From Candidatus Cloacimonadales bacterium (GTDB taxonomy: Bacteria; Cloacimonadota; Cloacimonadia; Cloacimonadales; JAFGVF01), in the NCBI GenBank assembly GCA_963667035.1, contig OY762964.1, positions 1,984,001 through 2,048,000 of the forward strand: 64,000 bases of DNA, written 5' to 3'. The position numbers and the translations under genes are program-made. The notes beneath the pieces are model-generated. The model was not told the DNA's origin. It worked only from the letters and a program-made list of their open reading frames with translations, and did no database searches. Positions 50,297 to 59,841 of the stretch are shown piece by piece (positions within the stretch are counted from its first letter, which is position 1; each line of letters opens with the position of its first letter).

Positions 50297-50442
50297 ACTA
50301 TTGAATCTGCCTCAATCTAATCAATTAATTTTCACAGACTTACAAAGGCTAGACAAAAATTCCTTGACCTAATGACAGATTCCAAACAATTAATATAAGA
50401 TTATAGAAACTACGTTTTTGTGAATAAATCAGGAGGAAAAGT

Positions 50443-51588
50443 ATGGATTACTTTTTAACAGAAGATCAGCTTGAAATGAAAGAAATAGCTCATAAAATCG
50501 CGGTTGAGAAGATTGCTCCTCTCTCTGCAAAATATGATGAAGAAGGGATATTCCCATGGGATATCGTTGAGATAATGGCACAATCAGACCTCTTTGCAGT
50601 TCTAGTACCTGAAGAGTATGATGGAATCAGTGGTAAGGTTGTTGACCTTGCTATAGTCACTGAAGAGCTCTCAAAGATAGATACAGGTATAGCTTTAGCT
50701 TTCGGTGCAACCGGATTAGGAATGTACCCAATTCTTTTATGTGGTAACGAAGAACAGAAACAGAAATATCTTCCACAAATTGCATCAGGTGAAAAATTAT
50801 GTGCCTTTGCTTTAACCGAAGCTAATGCCGGTTCTGATGCAGGGGCTATTGAAACTACTGCTGAAGAGACTGAAGACGGTTTCATCCTCAATGGGACAAA
50901 GCAGTGGATTACAAACGGTGGAGAAGCTGAGATTTATACAGTCTTTGCAATGACAGATCGCTCTAAAGGAGCACGTGGTTGCTCATGTTTTATAGTTGAG
51001 AAAGGTACTCCAGGCTTCTCATTCGGTAAGAAAGAAGACAAAATGGGTATTCGTTCTTCAGCAACAAGAGAGTTAATCTTTGAAGATTGCTTCGTACCAA
51101 AAGAGAACCTGATTGGTCGCAAAGGTACCGGCTTCATTACTGCAATGAAGGTTTTTGATAAATCAAGACCTATGGTTGCATCTCAAGCCGTTGGTTTAGC
51201 TCAAGGGGCACTTGATATTGCCGCTAAATATTCAAAAGAACGTCATCAATTCGGAAAACCTATTTCATCTTTCCAGGGTGTTCAATTCATGCTTGCCGAC
51301 ATGGCTACTCAAACCGAAGCTGCAAGAGCTTTAGTTTATCAAACAGCTAAAATGATTGATGAAGGATGTAAAAAATACAGTAAAGAATCTGCAATGTGCA
51401 AATATTTTGCTTCTGATGTAGCTATGAAAGTTACAACTGATGCAGTTCAAGTTCTTGGTGGATATGGCTATATGAAAGAGTATCCTGTTGAAAAAATGAT
51501 GCGTGATGCTAAGATTCTCCAAATTTACGAGGGAACTAATCAGATTCAAAGACAGGTTGTTGCTACCAATCTCCTTAAAGAGTACTAG
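50443..51588 (+). CDS. Acyl-CoA dehydrogenase (butyryl-CoA dehydrogenase-like)
   Basis: AFALTEANAGSDA, LNGTKQWITNG, R.QFGKPI, QVLGGYGY, QIYEGTNQIQR. Confidence 0.95.
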   Translation: MDYFLTEDQLEMKEIAHKIAVEKIAPLSAKYDEEGIFPWDIVEIMAQSDLFAVLVPEEYDGISGKVVDLAIVTEELSKIDTGIALAFGATGLGMYPILLCGNEEQKQKYLPQIASGEKLCAFALTEANAGSDAGAIETTAEETEDGFILNGTKQWITNGGEAEIYTVFAMTDRSKGARGCSCFIVEKGTPGFSFGKKEDKMGIRSSATRELIFEDCFVPKENLIGRKGTGFITAMKVFDKSRPMVASQAVGLAQGALDIAAKYSKERHQFGKPISSFQGVQFMLADMATQTEAARALVYQTAKMIDEGCKKYSKESAMCKYFASDVAMKVTTDAVQVLGGYGYMKEYPVEKMMRDAKILQIYEGTNQIQRQVVATNLLKEY

Positions 51589-51709
51589 CAAAGTTTCGTG
51601 AGCCTGTAAGGCGAACAACTTGTTTACTCTGATACAAGATACTACAGATTGTAGATAAACATGTCTGTTAAGACAGGTTGTTGCTAACAATCTTTTAAAA
51701 GAATATTAA
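51549..51709 (+). repeat. Duplicated, recoded 3' end of the acyl-CoA dehydrogenase gene (att-like direct repeat, 121-bp offset)
   Basis: 17-bp identical core aagacaggttgttgcta at 51549 and 51670; copies encode RQVVATNLLKEY* and RQVVANNLLKEY*. Confidence 0.85.
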
Positions 51710-51735
51710 TAATCTCTGAGGTGAGAGATTATTCT

Positions 51736-51770
51736 GCGGGATTTATCTTAGGAGAATCCCGCTTATTTAT
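51736..51770 (+). terminator. Probable terminator after the duplicated gene end
   Basis: gcgggatt...aatcccgc followed by ttatttatt. Confidence 0.6.
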
Positions 51771-51976
51771 TGCCGCTATTTCTATTCACCCACATGCTTT
51801 TAATAACCGATATGACATTTATGGATAACTTTGGTTTTATTATCCTGAAAGGTTTACCTAATAATAGCCATAGCCTTTAGCTCATGGAACCGGCATTCAA
51901 CAATTGCCTATCCTGAATTTTTCCTTATCAATCAGAATCACCAGCTAACTATTGCTGGAACGCTTCATAACTTCTA

Positions 51977-52101
51977 TGCTCTAATTCAACACACGGGAAT
52001 CACTCGGGAATCTCTCGGGAATCTCTCGGGACTTTACCTGAGAAATTCCCGAGTAAATCACATCAGATTCACGCCAAAATCCCGAGTGTTAAATTAGAGC
52101 A
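51977..52101. repeat. Palindromic element with nine 11-bp-phased units (CTCGGGA x4 then TCCCGAG-type x5) and 22-bp outer IR
   Basis: cacgggaatca ctcgggaatct ctcgggaatct ctcgggacttt | acctgagaaat tcccgagtaaa tcacatcagat tcacgccaaaa tcccgagtgtt; outer arms match 20/22. Confidence 0.85.
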
Positions 52102-52144
52102 CAGAAAATGACTAGAGACATGTCTTTGTTTATCATCAAAAAAA

Positions 52145-52168
52145 AGGAGCATGCCAAAGCATGCTCTT
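52145..52168. repeat. Target-site duplication (24 bp) = terminator hairpin, left copy
   Basis: aggagcatgc-caaa-gcatgctctt; 23/24 identical to 53830-53853. Confidence 0.9.
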
Positions 52169-53829
52169 CAGATTGTTGACAAAAACTTCTAATTTACATG
52201 GATATATTGTTGAAAGTCATTTTTCTTCATTTTAACTGAGTCCAAATCCAAACATGCGAGATTTAGCTCTATTTTCGTGTAAATTGGAGTTGAAAATCAT
52301 GTAATTGATGATAAATTTTGCTATTAATTTCCCTAATTTACCTTTGAAAAGGTATTTTACGAGTTTCTTGATATTTTGCACAATAGCTGTTAGATAAGCT
52401 TGTTCTCGAACTCGCTCTATTCCTCGATATTTTGCATATCGGTAGCCATGAAGTTGCTTTGCATTGGCAAAGCTTCTCTCAATGGTTTCTTTTCTCCTCT
52501 TGTATATCTCTTTCCCACATAATGTTAACCTATTCTTGTGGATTATCTCTTTGCTCTCTTCCCAGACATGACGAGTGATTACCTTTTGAGAAGACTTACT
52601 TTCTGTACATTTACTTAGCATTGGACAATTCTTGCATTCACTAGGATTCGACTTGTATTCTTTATAGCCATCACGGCTCGTTGTTCTATAATTTAACTCT
52701 TTATTACATGGACAAATGTAAACATCCTTCCGGGAATTATATGTAAATTTGTTCTTTTTAAATAGACCTTTCTTACCTCCCTGTCTTTTGTAGCCAAGGA
52801 CTCCCATAATATTCATATCTACCAGTTGCTTACAAATGTTAATTGTATCATATCCTGAATCAAGCCCTACTGCCTGAACATTAAAACCATAAACCTTTTG
52901 TTGGAACTGTAACCTGTCAATATAGCAGGTGCTATCATTTACATTGCCGGGAGTAATGTGAACATCAGTTATATAGTTCGTTTTATGGTCGACTGTCCTA
53001 TGATCTAAGTAGAAGAAGCCTTGAGGCTTTCTATCACGGGTCATAAAGCCACTATCGGGATCTGTTGTGCTAGACTTGATATTTTTTACTTTAGGTGATG
53101 CTCCTCCTTTAAGATTGTTATCCTTAGGAGGTAAAGGTTTCTTACCATGAGCCTTCCGATCTTCATCAACGCTTGTGTTAAGATCTTCCAAGTAACTCTT
53201 GGAGGATACCTCAACTTCAATATCCTCGAATTTACCTTTATTAGCATTTGCCTTTAGATGGGTTGAGTCGCTATAAAGTATCTTTCCATCAACTAATCCA
53301 TGTTTAATGCCTAACTTCACTATATCTATAAAAATCTCTTCGAATACGCTGCTATCATTAAATCGCCTTCTACGATTTTGACTGAAGACTGAGTGATGAG
53401 GTACTTTATCAGTTAGTCCAAAGCCTAAGAACCAACGATAAGCCACATTGACCTCTATCTCTTTGACCAATTGTCTTTCCGAGCGAATACCGAATAGATA
53501 GCCAATAAAAAGCATTTTGAAAAGAGTAATAGGATGAATTGGAGGACGACCGGTAGTAGAACAATACAAATGCGCTGTTCTATCTAAAATGAATGAAAAA
53601 TCTATTACGCTATCGATTTTCCTTAGTATGTGATCTACCGGTACTAAATCATCTATTATTACAAACTCCATTGGGGACTGTGTGTCAGAAACTTTTTTAA
53701 GCATAACAACCTCTAATTATGATGGTTTAAGTATAAACTAAGGGGGTTTTTGTCAATGATTGATGTTCTTATTTAAGCTAAAAAAAGACAAAGCTATGAA
53801 ATCTTACTCATAGCTTTGTCAACAGTCTG
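52169..53829 (-). mobile_element. IS1182-family insertion sequence, copy 2 (1661 bp)
   Basis: IRs cagattgttgacaaa / tttgtcaacagtctg; near-identical to copy 1. Confidence 0.95.
52232..53704 (-). CDS. IS1182-family transposase
   Basis: 490 aa; two visible substitutions versus copy 1 (Q>P near N-terminus, R>G near C-terminus). Confidence 0.95.
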   Translation of the reverse strand: MLKKVSDTQSPMEFVIIDDLVPVDHILRKIDSVIDFSFILDRTAHLYCSTTGRPPIHPITLFKMLFIGYLFGIRSERQLVKEIEVNVAYRWFLGFGLTDKVPHHSVFSQNRRRRFNDSSVFEEIFIDIVKLGIKHGLVDGKILYSDSTHLKANANKGKFEDIEVEVSSKSYLEDLNTSVDEDRKAHGKKPLPPKDNNLKGGASPKVKNIKSSTTDPDSGFMTRDRKPQGFFYLDHRTVDHKTNYITDVHITPGNVNDSTCYIDRLQFQQKVYGFNVQAVGLDSGYDTINICKQLVDMNIMGVLGYKRQGGKKGLFKKNKFTYNSRKDVYICPCNKELNYRTTSRDGYKEYKSNPSECKNCPMLSKCTESKSSQKVITRHVWEESKEIIHKNRLTLCGKEIYKRRKETIERSFANAKQLHGYRYAKYRGIERVREQAYLTAIVQNIKKLVKYLFKGKLGKLIAKFIINYMIFNSNLHENRAKSRMFGFGLS

Positions 53830-53853
53830 AAGAGCATGCCAAAGCATGCTCTT
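53830..53853. repeat. Target-site duplication, right copy
   Basis: aagagcatgc-caaa-gcatgctctt, 22 bp from the pmbA stop. Confidence 0.9.
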
Positions 53854-53875
53854 TGCTATTACGTGAATTGAGGAA

Positions 53876-55168
53876 TTATTTACCCGAGACGGTGACATCT
53901 CCGATAGTTATCCAAGGAGTTTCGCTAGCTCCCGTGTTCTTTGTTTCTTTACTAATATGTTTTACATTATTAAGCATTTCGAGGATATTACCGTTAATCA
54001 TAACTTCGCTGACAGGATATTGGATTTTACCGTCTTTGATGTAATAGCTGTTCTTTGCAACACCGGCAAGATCACCAAAAGCATTGGGATTTCCACCTGA
54101 GAAACGAACTAGTAGTAGTCCTTCTTTTACATCTTTAATCATAGCATCATAACTGATATCCCCCGGTGCCACTTTCAGGAAACTACCGTCAGTGGTTGCT
54201 ATATCATAGCCTGTCTTTCTGGAACCGTAAATACCAAGTAAGTAAGTTTGAAGCACACCTTTATCAATTATAGTGGTTACTTTAGGAACAAGACCTTCAT
54301 GAATACAGTTAGTTCCAAGTGCAAGGTTATCATTATCGGGATCTGAGATAATTGTGAGTTTATCACTGACAATCTTCTGACCCAGTTTATCCGAAAGTAA
54401 GCTTGTCTTATTCATTAATGGAACCGCTGTCAGATTACTTTGTAAGAGTACATTGATAAGAAACTCTACATTTTGAGGTAACAGTACAAGGTCACCTTTG
54501 AACTTGCCTTCTATTTTCTTAGTTGTCATTTGACCTACTATCTGATCGAAATAAGTTCTCAAAAGACCGCATTCAATAAGAGGTTTACTCAAATCTTTTA
54601 AGGCAGCTCCGTCATAATTCATAGAGCTGACAGATGCTTTGTCTTTTGCCGAGAAGATTGCCGAGAATTCATAATTACCCATCTCTTTCTCAAACTCAAT
54701 ACCGTTGGAATTGATGCGAATTGAATGCACATAGTTATGAACAAGATAAGCATCGGCAAGTATGCTTGGATAGTTTGTCTGATAATCATTCTTAAACTCT
54801 TCGAGACGCTTGTACATAAGGTCTGTATTCGGTTTCAACTGTCCTTTAACATAAGAACTCGCCGGAGATTTTGGTGCAATATCAAATCCTTCGTCCTGTG
54901 TAGAGTTGTTAGCCATTTCTACTACTCTAAGAGCCGCTTTATCAATTTCTTCTTCCGTAAGGTCATTGATTGTGATGCTCGCTGTACGATAATCATTTAT
55001 AACACCTAGATACAATCCGAAGTTAGGAATTGTTCTGAAAAGATTTATCTCACCATGCTCAAGCTGAAGTTCTGTTTTGAGTTTCTCGTAACTGACAACA
55101 GTAACCTTTTCTGCACCTGACTCTAAAAGTTTATCAAGAGTGTATTTTGCTATTTGTTTGATATCCAT
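53876..55168 (-). CDS. pmbA: TldE/PmbA family protein
   Basis: Coupled to tldD; IDKGVL.TYL, GGNPN..GD, YIKDGKI.YPVSEVMI.GN; no HExxxH. Confidence 0.85.
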   Translation of the reverse strand: MDIKQIAKYTLDKLLESGAEKVTVVSYEKLKTELQLEHGEINLFRTIPNFGLYLGVINDYRTASITINDLTEEEIDKAALRVVEMANNSTQDEGFDIAPKSPASSYVKGQLKPNTDLMYKRLEEFKNDYQTNYPSILADAYLVHNYVHSIRINSNGIEFEKEMGNYEFSAIFSAKDKASVSSMNYDGAALKDLSKPLIECGLLRTYFDQIVGQMTTKKIEGKFKGDLVLLPQNVEFLINVLLQSNLTAVPLMNKTSLLSDKLGQKIVSDKLTIISDPDNDNLALGTNCIHEGLVPKVTTIIDKGVLQTYLLGIYGSRKTGYDIATTDGSFLKVAPGDISYDAMIKDVKEGLLLVRFSGGNPNAFGDLAGVAKNSYYIKDGKIQYPVSEVMINGNILEMLNNVKHISKETKNTGASETPWITIGDVTVSGK

Positions 55169-55169
55169 T

Positions 55170-56549
55170 TTATTTACCTCCTACCATAACTTTACAACGA
55201 ATGGCCGGACCACCCATTCCAACCGGCATTGGTTGTTTCTTACCACACATGCCGGAAGATATCCAAGTTAAATCGTCAGAGAGGTCAGTGATTGTTTGCA
55301 AGAGCTCGAACGCTACACCTGCGATTGTAGTATCTTTTATAGCTTTACCAAGCTTACCGTTGTTGATTTCATAACCAAGAGTTACACCGAACATGAACTC
55401 GGAAGTGGAATCGGCTTGTCCGTTAGAAGGACTTACCAAATAATAACCCTTTTCCACATCTTTAATCATATCTTCAAGTTTGGATGTACCGGGAACAATC
55501 ATAGTGTTTCTCATACGCACGAGTGGTTCGTCACTGAAATCATAAGCACGAGCATTACCGGTAGGCTCTACACCAAACTTATGGGCAGTCTCACGTGTGT
55601 GCATATATCCTTTGAGAATACCCTTCTCAATAAGTACGGCATCTTTTGCCTCAGTACCTTCATCATCAACAAACACAGGTTGAGGTAACAAATTGCCTTC
55701 ATAGGTATGAGCAACATCAATCATAGTTACAAGCTCCGATGCTACCTTCTTGTTGAGCATGTCTCCTGCTACTGAACCGTTAAGCACTATATCGGCCTCA
55801 GTGGTATGACCGACAGCTTCGTGAGAAAGTATTCCTGCAAGCTTAGCGTCCATAACCACATCGTGAACACCGGCATCAGCCCAGATTGCTTCTTTCTTGT
55901 TACGAAGATGCACGTATAACTCGTCTATCTTAGAATATACTTCTTCAGGAGCGGTAAAGAGATCCTGCATCTGACCATAACCGCCTACAGCATCGTGTAA
56001 TGTTACAGGCTCGTTACCATTCATAATGGTCAAAACAAAGATTATAAAAGCACGAGGTATCTCATAATGAGACATCGCTCCGTCTGAAGTTATGAGATTC
56101 TTCTCCATAGCTGAAGCTTGAAGTACAACGTTCCTAGCCTGAAGTTCAGGATATTTCTTTGCAATGTAAGCATCAATCTCCTTACAAAACTCAATCTGCT
56201 CTTTTATTGACATCGGATTACGCTTTGGAACATAAAGATTGTCCTTGATTCCGGTAATGGAAGGAAGAGCAAAATCCGGTTTACTTGATTTACTTGCAAG
56301 ATACTCAGCTTGTTCCGTAGCTTTCTTTATCATCTTTGCAATGTTGCTGTCATTTAAATCTGTGTTAGCCGATAATCCCCAGACTCCATTCTTGAACACT
56401 CTGGCATTTCCGCCGATTGTGCTGTTCTGAGAATTGCTTAATAATGTTCCGTTGTTGAAATAAAGCATTGTGCTTCTCAATTCCTGTTGCCTCAATTCTG
56501 TATAGTATTTGAAGCTTTCACGAAACCGTTTCAAATCAATTTTACGCAT
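55170..56549 (-). CDS. tldD: TldD metalloprotease
   Basis: HEAVGHTTEAD, DDEG, TGNARA, RMRNT, CGKKQ.MPVG.GGP. Confidence 0.93.
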   Translation of the reverse strand: MRKIDLKRFRESFKYYTELRQQELRSTMLYFNNGTLLSNSQNSTIGGNARVFKNGVWGLSANTDLNDSNIAKMIKKATEQAEYLASKSSKPDFALPSITGIKDNLYVPKRNPMSIKEQIEFCKEIDAYIAKKYPELQARNVVLQASAMEKNLITSDGAMSHYEIPRAFIIFVLTIMNGNEPVTLHDAVGGYGQMQDLFTAPEEVYSKIDELYVHLRNKKEAIWADAGVHDVVMDAKLAGILSHEAVGHTTEADIVLNGSVAGDMLNKKVASELVTMIDVAHTYEGNLLPQPVFVDDEGTEAKDAVLIEKGILKGYMHTRETAHKFGVEPTGNARAYDFSDEPLVRMRNTMIVPGTSKLEDMIKDVEKGYYLVSPSNGQADSTSEFMFGVTLGYEINNGKLGKAIKDTTIAGVAFELLQTITDLSDDLTWISSGMCGKKQPMPVGMGGPAIRCKVMVGGK

Positions 56550-56669
56550 ATCTACTCCTTTTTAAGGGTTGTTAATAATTATCCTATTCTATAACTTACA
56601 ATGTCGATAAAACCGAACGGTTATTATTTGTCAACTCATTTTGCTAAAAAGTATACTATTGGTTACATA

Positions 56670-57069
56670 TTATATAATACGAAGAGAATGTAATGTGGCC
56701 AACCCAATGATTGAGAAGGAGTTAAATGGTTTAGTCCAAGAAATAGGAAGGTCCGCTGCGATTAATAGATCTCCTTTTGCTTCGAGATTACCATTATCTT
56801 TGAATTTATATCTTGAAGTCTTAAGTTACAAATCTTGTACCAACATTAGCCCATAAGCAGTCATTGAGCTTTGTTTGTAGCTCCAAACCTATAAGAAACT
56901 GTATTGGAACAGGAGTAATTTCTTCAATATTATATTGTCTGTAGTCAGAGTAATCAGTTACAATTTTCAAAATCCCACTACCACATTTTGCACCTAGCCT
57001 AAACGGTGGTCGCTTTGCATAAATAGAAGTACAAAATAAGATTAGAACTACCACAATAAGATATCGCAT
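56670..57069 (-). pseudogene. Frameshifted, truncated outer-membrane beta-barrel-like gene
   Basis: Signal peptide + FRLGAKCG, GLELQTKL beta-strands; after the stop at 56821 the +1 frame continues KTSRYKF...DLPISW...FSIIG to ~56670. Confidence 0.45.
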
Positions 57070-57160
57070 AGAATCTCCAAGATTATTGTGATACCAAATT
57101 CAATACCTTAACTTTGTCAAAGAATAATCTCAATAGTTCTAGATAAGAAACTAAAAAACA

Positions 57161-57195
57161 TTGACAGTATTGCAGTGTTGGCTAATTTGCCAACA
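57161..57195 (+). promoter_or_regulatory. arsR promoter with palindromic operator
   Basis: TTGACA 57161; tgttggc-TAATTT-gccaaca palindrome centred on the putative -10. Confidence 0.7.
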
Positions 57196-57216
57196 AACAT
57201 ATAAGAAGAGGCAAAC

Positions 57217-57528
57217 ATGAATTACGAGCAAGCTCAGATTAGAGCTGATATTATCAAGGCTTTAGCACATCCGGTAAGGCTTATGATAGTACAGGAATTG
57301 AAAGATAAGGATATGAATTTTGCTGATATTAATCAGGTATTTGAATACGATAAATCGACTATATCCAAGCATCTGACAGTATTAAAGAATGCAGGGATCG
57401 TGTCGTCAAAGAAGATTGGAGCGGATGTAATATATCACATTGAGATGTGTTGTGTGAATAAGTTTATTGATTGTATTGATTCGGTGTTGAAACAGAACAT
57501 AGAGAAACAACAAAGTTGCCTTATGTAA
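57217..57528 (+). CDS. arsR: ArsR/SmtB family regulator
   Basis: KALAHPVRLMI, STISKHLTVLKNAGIV; C-terminal CC..C cysteines. Confidence 0.88.
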   Translation: MNYEQAQIRADIIKALAHPVRLMIVQELKDKDMNFADINQVFEYDKSTISKHLTVLKNAGIVSSKKIGADVIYHIEMCCVNKFIDCIDSVLKQNIEKQQSCLM

Positions 57529-57546
57529 ATGTAAAATGAGGGGAAT

Positions 57547-57933
57547 ATGAGAAAATCAATATTAATACTATTATTGGGCATCCTTACACTAGGATTGTTT
57601 GCAACCGAAGCTGTTCAAGACAGTTTAAAGACAGAAGAAACCAGACCGCAAATAACATTCTTGGAGTTTGGTTCTACAACCTGTATACCTTGTAAGCAAA
57701 TGGTGCCGATAATGAAGGCTATTGAGGAAGAATACTCCGATAAGGTGTTAGTTAAATTCATTGATGTTAGAAAAGAGATTAACAAACAGCTTTCCAGAGA
57801 ATACAAGATTAGGGCAATTCCGACTCAGGTTTTTCTGGATGCCTCAGGTAAAGAAGTAAGCAGGCATCAAGGATTCTTCCCTAAGGAGGAAATCGTGAAA
57901 GTACTTGAGGAGTTAGGCGTAACAAATGACTAA
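57547..57933 (+). CDS. Exported thioredoxin-family protein
   Basis: Signal peptide, CIPC, IRAIPTQVFLD..GKEV.RH.G. Confidence 0.88.
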   Translation: MRKSILILLLGILTLGLFATEAVQDSLKTEETRPQITFLEFGSTTCIPCKQMVPIMKAIEEEYSDKVLVKFIDVRKEINKQLSREYKIRAIPTQVFLDASGKEVSRHQGFFPKEEIVKVLEELGVTND

Positions 57934-58609
57934 CATATTCGTATTCCTAAGTAATTGTGTAGAAGGCAGTATTATGATTGCACTGATAGGTTCCCTAATG
58001 TGGGGAATTGCCAGCATAGTATTCAGCCCGTGTCATCTTTCTGCCATCCCATTGATTATAGGATATGTTAGCAATAAGAACCAATTGAGTCCAACAAAGG
58101 TATCAATTTTATTCTCTCTTGGAATGCTTGTAACCGTTGCAGTTATAGGAGTAATAACCGGAATTACAGGTAATATACTAGGAGACACGGGACAGTTTGG
58201 TAAAGTGTTCATGTTAGTATTCTTCATTGTCTTTGGAATCCTCTTACTGGATATAATCCCTGTTCCTGACATCAAGCTCTTCAATGTTACCGGTAACAAA
58301 AAATATTCGGGAAATGCTTTTATATTAGGGTTATTAATGGGAATAGGGTTGGGACCTTGCACATTTGCTTTCATGGCTCCCATGTTAGGAGTAGTCTTCC
58401 AGACAAGCAACAATGATATGCTTAAAGGAATACTCATGCTACTGATGTTTGCAATTGGTCACACTGCCGTACTAGCCTTCGCAGGCATATCATATAAATT
58501 GGTAAGTAAGTACCTGAATTGGTGCTCACGAACAGGTAGTCTAGCAGTAATTAGAAGGGTATGTGGTCTTTTAGTGATAGCTTTTGGAATCTATAATTAT
58601 ATAAAATAA
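57926..58609 (+). CDS. CcdA/DsbD-type membrane electron transporter
   Basis: SPCHL..IP and GPCT motifs, six TM helices. Confidence 0.88.
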   Translation: MTNIFVFLSNCVEGSIMIALIGSLMWGIASIVFSPCHLSAIPLIIGYVSNKNQLSPTKVSILFSLGMLVTVAVIGVITGITGNILGDTGQFGKVFMLVFFIVFGILLLDIIPVPDIKLFNVTGNKKYSGNAFILGLLMGIGLGPCTFAFMAPMLGVVFQTSNNDMLKGILMLLMFAIGHTAVLAFAGISYKLVSKYLNWCSRTGSLAVIRRVCGLLVIAFGIYNYIK

Positions 58610-58626
58610 CTAATAGGAGTTGTATT

Positions 58627-58866
58627 ATGAAAATCAGAGTATATGGACCGGGATGCACAAATTGCAAGAAGACTTATGATGCTGCTCAGGAAGCTGTGAA
58701 AGCACTTAATATTGATGCGAAAATAGAAAAGATTGAAGACATTCAAAAGATGATGGAAGCAGGTGTAATGGGTACTCCTGCTCTTGAAATTGACGGAAAA
58801 ATTGTCTCTTCGGGAAAAAGACTTTCAGTTGAGAGAATTAAGAAACTTATACAAGAGGTTAAATAG
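58627..58866 (+). CDS. Small redox-active disulfide (thioredoxin-like) protein
   Basis: GPGCTNC, GVMGTPALEIDG. Confidence 0.9.
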   Translation: MKIRVYGPGCTNCKKTYDAAQEAVKALNIDAKIEKIEDIQKMMEAGVMGTPALEIDGKIVSSGKRLSVERIKKLIQEVK

Positions 58867-59834
58867 TGTTTCATTGGTTGGAAGTACTAATTGAGAAGCT
58901 GGTAGTGAACGTCTTCGGTATCAGCATGGAGACAGCTCTAGGCTCAAGCGTTCACTTCTTCTTCTACGATATTATCAAGATATTGATATTGCTATCGACG
59001 ATGATATTTTTAATAAGCTTTATTAGAAGCTTTTTCTCCCCTCAGAAGACAAAGAAGGCTTTAGAGAAGTTCAGAGGACCACAAGCAAATGTTATGGCAT
59101 CCTTGTTCGGCATAGTAACTCCATTCTGCAGTTGTTCTTCCGTACCACTATTCATTGGTTTTGTGGAAGCAGGGATACCTATCGGAGTAACATTCTCGTT
59201 TCTAATAACTTCACCTATCGTTAATGAAGCTGCCTTTGCAGTATTACTTGCAGCCTTTGGTTGGAAAATAGCACTAATATATGTCGTATTCGGTGTTCTT
59301 GCCGGTGTGATAGGTGGAATTATAATTGGTAAATTAAAGTTGGAATCCGAAGTTGAGGATTACGTCTATCAGATGAAGGTAGGAGACTCAGAGGATGAAC
59401 ATTATGATTTTAAGGGAAGATTAACCTTTGCCCTTGAACAGGTTAAGTTTATAGTTGGTAAGGTGTGGCTCTTCATCATTATCGGTATTGGTATCGGTGC
59501 TGTAATCCACGGTTGGGCTCCGGGAGAAATGCTTGCAAAGTATGCCGGAGATAATAACCCGTTTGCAGTGATTGTTGCTGTACTACTAGGTATTCCACTT
59601 TATTCCAATGCTCTTGGAACTATTCCTATTGCCGAAGCTTTGATTGGTAAAGGAGTAGGACTCGGTACAGCTTTAGCTTTTATGATGGCAGTTACTGCAT
59701 TATCGGTACCGGAGATGGTCATCCTAAGAAAAGTTATTAAGCCTAAACTCATAAGAGCATTTGTCATTATCACAGGTATTGCAATCATTATATGCGGTTA
59801 TCTGTTTAATCTGATATATCCTTTTATCAAGTGA
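58866..59834 (+). CDS. ArsP/DUF318 family permease
   Basis: TPFCSCSSVPLF, FLITSP, G.GLGTALAFMM, LSVPE. Confidence 0.9.
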   Translation: MFHWLEVLIEKLVVNVFGISMETALGSSVHFFFYDIIKILILLSTMIFLISFIRSFFSPQKTKKALEKFRGPQANVMASLFGIVTPFCSCSSVPLFIGFVEAGIPIGVTFSFLITSPIVNEAAFAVLLAAFGWKIALIYVVFGVLAGVIGGIIIGKLKLESEVEDYVYQMKVGDSEDEHYDFKGRLTFALEQVKFIVGKVWLFIIIGIGIGAVIHGWAPGEMLAKYAGDNNPFAVIVAVLLGIPLYSNALGTIPIAEALIGKGVGLGTALAFMMAVTALSVPEMVILRKVIKPKLIRAFVIITGIAIIICGYLFNLIYPFIK

Positions 59835-59841
59835 GGTATTG

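Noticed and set aside
51590..51675. Integron attC site
   Set aside because: No convincing RYYYAAC...GTTRRRY pair with internal dyad, no integrase and no cassette array
53876..56549. TldD/E as part of a RiPP biosynthetic cluster
   Set aside because: No precursor peptide, YcaO, radical SAM or transporter nearby; looks like the housekeeping pair
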